Under the pieces are notes generated by a model. That model made no database searches and was not told the DNA's origin. It saw nothing but the letters and a program-made list of their open reading frames with translations. The position numbers and the translations under genes are program-made. This document shows positions 58,508 through 64,000 of a stretch of DNA of 64,000 nt, piece by piece. The DNA is taken from positions 30,748-94,747 of the forward strand of contig JBAOID010000020.1 of assembly GCA_037045435.1 (NCBI GenBank), written 5' to 3'. The stretch's first letter is position 1. Each line of letters starts with the position of its first letter. This stretch comes from Cypionkella sp. Lineage in GTDB: Bacteria > Pseudomonadota > Alphaproteobacteria > Rhodobacterales > Rhodobacteraceae.

Positions 58508-58723
58508 ATGGACATGAATCGTCTGATAAACATGATCATCAATGCCTTTGTTCGAAAGTTTGTGAACAAGGCGGTGAATTCGAGCATTGATTATGCCTCG
58601 CGCGGCGGCAAGGCCAAGTCGGAATTGAGTGATGCCGAACGCCAACAGGCCCAAGCGGGCAAAGATATGGCCAAGCGTGCCAAAGACCTGGCCAAACTGT
58701 CCCGCCGCATCGGCCTGAAATGA
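58508..58723 (+). CDS. small hypothetical protein (71 aa, Lys/Ala-rich C-terminus)
   Basis: MDMNRLINMIINAFVRKFVNKAVNSSIDYASRGGKAKSELSDAERQQAQAGKDMAKRAKDLAKL, located 3 nt after scpB. No family recognised. Confidence 0.5.
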   Translation: MDMNRLINMIINAFVRKFVNKAVNSSIDYASRGGKAKSELSDAERQQAQAGKDMAKRAKDLAKLSRRIGLK

Positions 58724-58749
58724 AAATGCCCGCGCAACGGCGCGGGCAT
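58722..58749 (-). terminator. terminator of the minus-strand methyltransferase operon (hairpin between convergent genes)
   Basis: The minus strand reads ATGCCCGCG-ccgttg-CGCGGGCAT followed by TTTT. Confidence 0.6.
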
Positions 58750-58793
58750 CAACAGGGTACGCTGCGTTCAACCGCCTAGTCAACCGCCTTGGT

Positions 58794-59774
58794 TCAACCG
58801 CGTGCGCGACGTCCACCTCGGCGCCCGGATGTGGCCGCAGAAGCGGCCGCAGAGGCCTCGGCAAAACTCATTCCGCCTTCAACCGCTTCAATCACCTTGG
58901 CAAAGCGTATCCATTCGCCGCCATTGGCATCGTGGTTCATCAGGAAATTGGCGGCCCGGATTGCTTCCATTTCGACCTGACGCACCGGATTCATGATGGC
59001 CGAAGTCATTCCGGCTCCGATTGCCATCGGTAAAAAGGCCGCGTTGATGCCGTGACGGTGCGGCAGGCCAAACGAGATATTCGACGCGCCGCAAGTGGTA
59101 TTCACGCCCAACTCCTGACGCAGGCGGCGCACCAATGTGAAAACCTGATGGCCCGCCGTGGCCATGGCACCAATTGGCATCACCAGCGGATCCACCACGA
59201 TGTCATGCGCGGGGATCCCGAAATCGGCTGCGCGCTCCACGATCTTTTTCGCCACGGCAAAGCGCACATCCGGGTCTTGGCTGATTCCGGTGTCATCATT
59301 TGAAATCGCCACAACCGGGACATTGTATTTCTTGACCAGCGGCAACACCAGTTCCAGCCGTTCTTCCTCACCGGTCACAGAATTGAGCAGCGGGCGGCCT
59401 TCACAGGCCTGAAGCCCAGCCTCAAGCGCACCGGGAACCGAGGAATCGATGCACAGCGGAACATCGGTAACTTCTTGAATACGCCTGATCAATTCGCGCA
59501 TCAGCGGGGGCTCGACAAAGTTGTTGTCGGCATAGCGCGGATCCTGCGCCATCTTGTTGGTGAATACCGCGCCCGAGTTCACATCCAGCACCGTGGCACC
59601 GCAGGCCACCTGCTCAAGGGCATCGCGCAACACGGTTTCGAAATTGCCGGCCTCCAGTTCGGCCGCCAGTTTCTTGCGTCCGGTGGGGTTGATCCGCTCC
59701 CCGATTACACAAAAAGGCTCGTCAAAGCCGATGGTGACGGTTCTGGTTTTCGATTCGACAACAGTGCGTGTCAT
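58794..59774 (-). CDS. stand-alone pterin-binding (MeTr/DHPS-like) methyltetrahydrofolate methyltransferase domain protein
   Basis: ...TIGFDEPFCVIGERINPTGRKKLAAELEAGNF...VLDVN...PLCIDSS...LLNSVTGEE...GASNISFGLP is the layout of the MetH/AcsE pterin-binding module. It has an Arg/Gly-rich tail. Confidence 0.8.
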   Translation of the reverse strand: MTRTVVESKTRTVTIGFDEPFCVIGERINPTGRKKLAAELEAGNFETVLRDALEQVACGATVLDVNSGAVFTNKMAQDPRYADNNFVEPPLMRELIRRIQEVTDVPLCIDSSVPGALEAGLQACEGRPLLNSVTGEEERLELVLPLVKKYNVPVVAISNDDTGISQDPDVRFAVAKKIVERAADFGIPAHDIVVDPLVMPIGAMATAGHQVFTLVRRLRQELGVNTTCGASNISFGLPHRHGINAAFLPMAIGAGMTSAIMNPVRQVEMEAIRAANFLMNHDANGGEWIRFAKVIEAVEGGMSFAEASAAASAATSGRRGGRRARG

Positions 59775-59786
59775 GGCGTGCTTTCC

Positions 59787-60707
59787 TTACGCTTGATTGG
59801 CCGGAACGCCGGAAGCGCCGCCGTTTTCGGTGACCCAGGTGGCATTGGTCTTGATGCCGCCAAGGGGGAAGAAATGAACCTGTTCAATGCCAAAGCCCGG
59901 GTTTTTGGCCTTGTGGGCGGCCAGTGCCGCAACAACCTCCGTCGGCTCATAGGGCATCAGTAGTTTCGTGACATCCATAGCGCGTTTTTGCAGCACGCGC
60001 AAAGAGGCTCCAACACCGCAGGCTATCGCGAATTTGATCAGGGTTTGCAGTTTGGCAGGACCGGCGACACCGATATGCACCGGCAGTTTGATCCCTTCGG
60101 CAGCCAGGCGGTTGACCCAGGCAATCACCGGCTCGGCCTCAAAGCAGAACTGCGTGGCCATCGCCATTTTGGCATCGCTGCGCTCGGAAAAGGCTGATTT
60201 CCAGCGCGCCGCCTCCATGACCGCCTTGTCCGAGCCATCGGGATCAATGTCCTTGTTGCCCTCGGGGTGACCCGCGACATGCAAGCGATCAAACCCGTCA
60301 AAAGCGCCACTTTCGATCAACTGCATTGAATTTTCAAAATCCCCAACCGGTTTTGCGAGGCCACCCGCCAAGAGCAATGCCTGCCGCACATTCGCCTCGC
60401 CTTGATAGCGCGCAACCCAGTCGGTCAGCATGGCCTTGCTGGCAATGATCCGCGCCGGGAAATGTGGCATCACGTCAAAGCCTTCGCCATTGATCCGCTT
60501 TGCCGTCGCGACCATTTCCTCGATGGGCGTCCCTTCAATATGCGCGACATAAACCCTTGTGCCTTTGGGCAGGATGGCGCGGAAATCCTCGACCTTTTCG
60601 GCAGTGCGTGGCATCACCTCGATCGAGTAGCCCTTCAGAAACGCTTCTGTCTCGGTATTGGGGCCGTTGGGCTGGGTTGCTTCACGACGAAAATTGAACA
60701 GTGCCAT
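59787..60707 (-). CDS. methylenetetrahydrofolate reductase-like protein
   Basis: ...YSIEVMPRTAEKVEDF...RVYVAHIEG...LHVAGHPEG...ATQFCFEAEPVIAWV is MetF-family-like. The family call was made by eye. Confidence 0.7.
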   Translation of the reverse strand: MALFNFRREATQPNGPNTETEAFLKGYSIEVMPRTAEKVEDFRAILPKGTRVYVAHIEGTPIEEMVATAKRINGEGFDVMPHFPARIIASKAMLTDWVARYQGEANVRQALLLAGGLAKPVGDFENSMQLIESGAFDGFDRLHVAGHPEGNKDIDPDGSDKAVMEAARWKSAFSERSDAKMAMATQFCFEAEPVIAWVNRLAAEGIKLPVHIGVAGPAKLQTLIKFAIACGVGASLRVLQKRAMDVTKLLMPYEPTEVVAALAAHKAKNPGFGIEQVHFFPLGGIKTNATWVTENGGASGVPANQA

Positions 60708-60727
60708 TTAGGCCTCCGGTTGGAAAG

Positions 60728-61030
60728 TCAGGCTTGTGCCCAGCCCTCGGCGTTGATCAGGATCTTGATGCGGTCGATATCAAACTCGGCTTCAAGCCGT
60801 GCTGCTTCGGATGCGGCAATGGTGTCAGGCTCACCTTCTACCTCATAGGGCGGGGCTTTGCGCCATTCGGCCAGATAAGCGTCGGCATCCTTTGCGCCGA
60901 TTTTCATCGCACAGCGGTCGATTGCCTGCTCGAATCTTTCGGACAGTTGCACCTTGGACCCACGGCGCCCCTTTCCGACAATCACTTGCGCCGGGATATC
61001 CCGCCAATAAACCACCGTTACCTCTGGCAT
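60728..61030 (-). CDS. PF13769-type ('virulence factor' domain) small protein
   Basis: The internal ATG at 61030 follows AAGGGGGA. MPEVTVVYWRDIPAQVIVGKGRRGSKVQLSERFEQAIDRCAMKIGAKDADAYLAEWRK. Confidence 0.65.
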   Translation of the reverse strand: MPEVTVVYWRDIPAQVIVGKGRRGSKVQLSERFEQAIDRCAMKIGAKDADAYLAEWRKAPPYEVEGEPDTIAASEAARLEAEFDIDRIKILINAEGWAQA

Positions 61031-61288
61031 TGCCCGAATCCCCCTTGTTTGTGCTCTTCTTCTAAGCGCCCAAGCGCGACTGCCAATGTCGGTTTTCGAC
61101 ATGGCGCATTCCACCAGCGACGCGCCGGAGCTGCTGCTGCAATAACTTGTTTCGCGGTCTGTGGCACGAACGGAATATAAAAAAATCTGCATCATCAAGA
61201 TGAATCCAGCCTATTTCATTCTCAAGCCAATGCTTGCCAGCAGAGGGCAAGCCGACTACCCTGATGCCAACCACATATGGAGGGCGAT

Positions 61289-62429
61289 ATGCCGCCCGAG
61301 CGTCCCTTTGGGGAGGACGCCATGTTGCCTGAGATCGAGACGTTTTCCGACGTTTCTCGTGGCAATGTCCCGTCTTTCCCCACAGCGTCAGAAAAAACGG
61401 GGCTTTATGCCGCCGTTGATTTAGGCACGAACTCATGCCGGATGCTGATTGCGCAACCGCGCGGCAGCCAGTTCACCATTATCGACAGTTTTTCCAAAAC
61501 GGTTCAGCTTGGAACCGGACTCGAAGCCTCGGGGCGATTGAGCCGGGCCTCGATGGTGCGCACCTTGCAAGCGTTACGGATTTGTCAAAAGAAGATCGAA
61601 CAGCATAGCGTCTTGCGTATGCGGCTGGTTGCAACCGAGGCAGCGCGACGGGCACGCAATTCGCAAGAGTTTCTGCGCCAGGTTCGGCGCGAAACCGGGT
61701 TGCAGATTGAAATCATCGCGCCCGAAGAAGAAGCCCGGCTTGCTGTCATTTCCTGCGCCCCCCTTGTTCTGCCCAAGACAGAGCAATTGCTGGTGGTTGA
61801 TATTGGTGGCGGATCGACAGAATTGGTCTGGGTCGATCTCTCTGGCGTCGAGCCGCAGGAGCGTGCCAAAGCCATCATGTTGCTGCATCACGGCTTCAAA
61901 GGGCAACCGAGCAATGGCGCGAAAGTTGTGGATTGGATTTCGGTGCCGCTTGGGGTGGCCACCCTGAAGGAGCAGTTTCAGGACGTTGACGATGATGCGG
62001 CGCGCTTTGCCTTGATGAGCTGGTTCTTCGAGGAAAACCTGTCCAGCTTCTCGCCCTATAATTCGGCGCAAAAACGCGAAGGCTTCCAGATCATCGGAAC
62101 ATCGGGAACGGTCACGACGGTTGCCGCCACATTCCTGAAATCTGCGGCGCTATGACCGCAACAAGGTTGATGGGTTGCAGATGACCACAAATCAGATCGA
62201 TTCGGTAATCCGGGAATATCTTGCGCTTGGGCCGGAGGGACGGCGCGTTGATCCAAGAATCGGGCGTGATCGGCATACGTTGATCATGTCCGGGGCGGCT
62301 ATCCTTCAGGCTCTGATGCGGATATGGCCAACGGATCGGCTTTCGGTTGCAGATCGGGGCCTGCGTGAAGGGCTATTGTATGCACAGATGAGTGCTGATG
62401 GCGTGTTGATGGACGGACCATTTGAATGA
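61289..62429 (+). pseudogene. ppx: Ppx/GppA family exopolyphosphatase, split by a +1 phase change at the A-run 62138-62140
   Basis: ...LYAAVDLGTNSCRMLIAQ...VVDIGGGSTELV...IIGTSGTVTTVAATFL then a stop at 62153-62155. The next phase continues NLRRYDRNKVDGLQMTTNQIDSVIREYL...DRGLREGLL to 62429. Confidence 0.85.
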
Positions 62430-63187
62430 CAGGCGACAAGACGAGCGGTGACAAGAACACTTCCGGGCGCGGCCAGCGTGACTTGCGGGTGCGGGTAAAG
62501 ACCGCCAAGGGGCGAAAGCTGTCCTCGACGCTATGGCTGGAGCGGCAGTTGAACGATCCCTATGTGCAGCGCGCCAAGAAAGAGGGTTTTCGCGGGCGGG
62601 CGGCTTTCAAGATACTGGAGTTGGATGACAAATTCGGTTTCCTCAAGCCGGGCGCGCGGGTTGTGGATCTGGGCTGTGCTCCGGGCGGGTGGTGTCAGGT
62701 TGCTGTCAGTCGCGTCAACGCTTTGGGGGATCGCGCCAACAAACCGATTGGCAGCGTCTTGGGTATTGATCTGCAAGCCATCGAACCGATCGCCGGGGCG
62801 CAGATTCATCAACTTGATTTTCTGGCCGACGAAGCCGATGCGTTGGTCAAAGGCTGGCTGGGTGGCCGCGCCGATGTGGTGATGAGCGATATGGCCGCAG
62901 CAGCATCCGGGCATAAGGGCACCGACCATCTGCGCATCATCGCGCTTTGCGAAGCGGCAGCCTATTTTGCTTTTGACGTGTTGGAAGTGGGCGGCACCTT
63001 TGTGGCCAAGGTTCTGGCGGGCGGGGCCGAGGTTGAACTGCAATCCATCCTGAAACGGGCCTTTACCAAGGTTGCCAATGTAAAGCCCCCCTCGAGTCGG
63101 GCCGACAGTTCAGAGAAATTTGTCGTGGCACAAGGGTTTCGCGGCCATCCTGACGCCGAAAGAACATTCTTGCACGCGCTGGATTGA
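62426..63187 (+). CDS. rlmE: 23S rRNA (uridine2552-2'-O)-methyltransferase RlmE/FtsJ
   Basis: ...[38 protein letters not shown]...[15 protein letters not shown]...[11 protein letters not shown]. Confidence 0.9.
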   Translation: MTGDKTSGDKNTSGRGQRDLRVRVKTAKGRKLSSTLWLERQLNDPYVQRAKKEGFRGRAAFKILELDDKFGFLKPGARVVDLGCAPGGWCQVAVSRVNALGDRANKPIGSVLGIDLQAIEPIAGAQIHQLDFLADEADALVKGWLGGRADVVMSDMAAAASGHKGTDHLRIIALCEAAAYFAFDVLEVGGTFVAKVLAGGAEVELQSILKRAFTKVANVKPPSSRADSSEKFVVAQGFRGHPDAERTFLHALD

Positions 63188-63222
63188 AGTCGGGGCGGAA
63201 ACAGTTCCATCCGCGAAACGTC

Positions 63223-63248
63223 AAACAAAAGGGCGCCACCTGGCGCCC
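63223..63248 (-). terminator. rho-independent terminator of the DUF882 gene
   Basis: The minus strand reads GGGCGCC-aggt-GGCGCCC followed by TTTTGTTT. Confidence 0.7.
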
Positions 63249-63274
63249 GATCTCATAAAAGTGATTAGAATTGA

Positions 63275-63844
63275 TCAGCCGCCCCAAGTGCGGACCGGGC
63301 CGCAATCCATGTGGACAAAGTTTGACCGATAGTAATGCCCGACGCCGCCACCCGAACAGGCTTCGGCGGCTTTCGCCATCTGCGACACCGAGCGCGATTT
63401 CAGTCGCAGGTCGGCCGCCTGGCCCTTCATATGCAGCGAGTTTCTTGCCACGCCACGCGAATGAGAGCGTAACATCGCATTGGTCGCCGGGCTACGATAG
63501 CCAGAAAGCAGCATATAGGGCTCTTTGACATCCAGAAGGCGGTGTGCGGCCGAGATCACATCCATGTTGCGCGGATCCATCTTGACGGTATCGTCTGACC
63601 GCCAGTCACGCATGAAGTGGTTGATTTCCTTAAGGACTTCGGGAATATACTCGCCCTCGATCCAGTAAATCGTATCAATGCTCTCGCCTGTGCGTCCCGA
63701 ATACATCCGAACCCGGCGAATATCGCCAGCACCTTTGAGAAACCCGAAAGCGTTGCTGTAAGTGGGGGCTGCAATCACTGTCGTGGCAGCAAAAACGCCC
63801 AGCAGCCCACGCCGCGTGATACCCGTCAAACTTGAATTCGCCAT
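63275..63844 (-). CDS. DUF882 (YcbK/MepK-like, peptidase M15 fold) protein with a Tat-type signal
   Basis: MANSSLTGITRRGLLGVFAATTVIAAP (twin-Arg) ...LLSGYRSPATNAML...SLHMKGQAADL...GVGHYYRSNFVHMD. Confidence 0.85.
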   Translation of the reverse strand: MANSSLTGITRRGLLGVFAATTVIAAPTYSNAFGFLKGAGDIRRVRMYSGRTGESIDTIYWIEGEYIPEVLKEINHFMRDWRSDDTVKMDPRNMDVISAAHRLLDVKEPYMLLSGYRSPATNAMLRSHSRGVARNSLHMKGQAADLRLKSRSVSQMAKAAEACSGGGVGHYYRSNFVHMDCGPVRTWGG

Positions 63845-64000
63845 TCTTTGCGCCTGTCCCGTAGTGGTCTTTGACCGCCTGTGTCGGCGGATTTCTTTGT
63901 CACTTCATCCCCAAGTGCTCGGACCTTATGGCACAAACCTGTGAGATGCCCAACAGAAGAAAACCGCGATTCGCACCAGTCTGGCAGCAATAGGCGAAAA

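Noticed and set aside
61031-61276. Riboswitch (SAM-II, cobalamin, ZTP) in the leader of the metF-like operon
   Set aside because: I looked for a B12 box, the GGGAA/GCCACUG cobalamin core, the CCGCCUGGGC ZTP element and the SAM-II AAAGCU pseudoknot. None was recognisable by eye. A covariance-model scan would be needed to be sure.
515-62155. Idea that the 8-nt-loop tRNA-Leu decodes quadruplets at the five +1 sites (natural frameshift suppression)
   Set aside because: The possible 4-base anticodons (CUAA, UCUA, UAAA) would read UUAG, UAGA or UUUA. None of the five junctions contains such a quadruplet in the right phase, and the junctions share no common motif. Several sit at short homopolymers. 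Insertion-type consensus error explains both the genes and the tRNA more simply.
1-64000. CRISPR arrays, IS elements/transposases, rRNA genes
   Set aside because: No regularly spaced direct repeats were seen. No DDE/transposase-like translations or terminal inverted repeats were seen. No rRNA-like sequence was seen anywhere in the window.

Overview
The window is a high-GC chromosomal segment that looks like a Rhodobacterales-type alphaproteobacterium. This is inferred from family content: PF13403-type Hint/RTX protein, DUF2927 lipoprotein, RNA methyltransferase + PIN pair, Cys-poor DksA, and a GTA-type 3TM holin next to a GH108 endolysin. It is mostly core metabolism and housekeeping. Main genes: edd; a MoxR/VWA pair; dksA; xthA; an erpA-type Fe-S carrier; a dGTPase-like gene; dsbB; one tRNA-Leu; a DMGDH-like FAD/GcvT oxidoreductase; a five-gene HAAT-type ABC importer with a GlxA-type regulator; class II DAHP synthase; yicC-gmk; two tandem gap genes and tkt; ZauP-like/zapA with a probable 6S RNA; grxD-bolA-GNAT-purL; murI; argC; ccmE; argS-SPOR-nagZ-scpA-scpB; a metF-like/pterin-binding methyltransferase cluster; ppx; and rlmE. 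Points worth a second look: (1) A monocistronic 911-aa LamG/cadherin-like/RTX/Hint protein sits behind tRNA-Leu and about 0.9 kb of AT-richer, ORF-poor DNA, with no T1SS genes nearby. (2) Five conserved genes (edd, erpA-type, DMGDH-like, nagZ, ppx) are each broken by exactly one surplus nucleotide, always +1. purL-GNAT-bolA has no in-frame stops. The tRNA-Leu has an 8-nt anticodon loop as written. Insertion-biased assembly error is the most economical explanation, but it needs checking against reads. (3) A LacI-type palindrome (GTTAGCGCTAAC and variants) recurs in front of edd, both gap genes and a DUF1127 mini-gene. (4) An RlmI-like RNA methyltransferase is translationally coupled to a PIN nuclease. 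(5) A stand-alone endolysin+holin cassette lies outside any prophage. No CRISPR array, transposase or integrase was seen. Many long antisense shadow ORFs in the track were discarded. All product calls come from reading the translations by eye; no database search was run.
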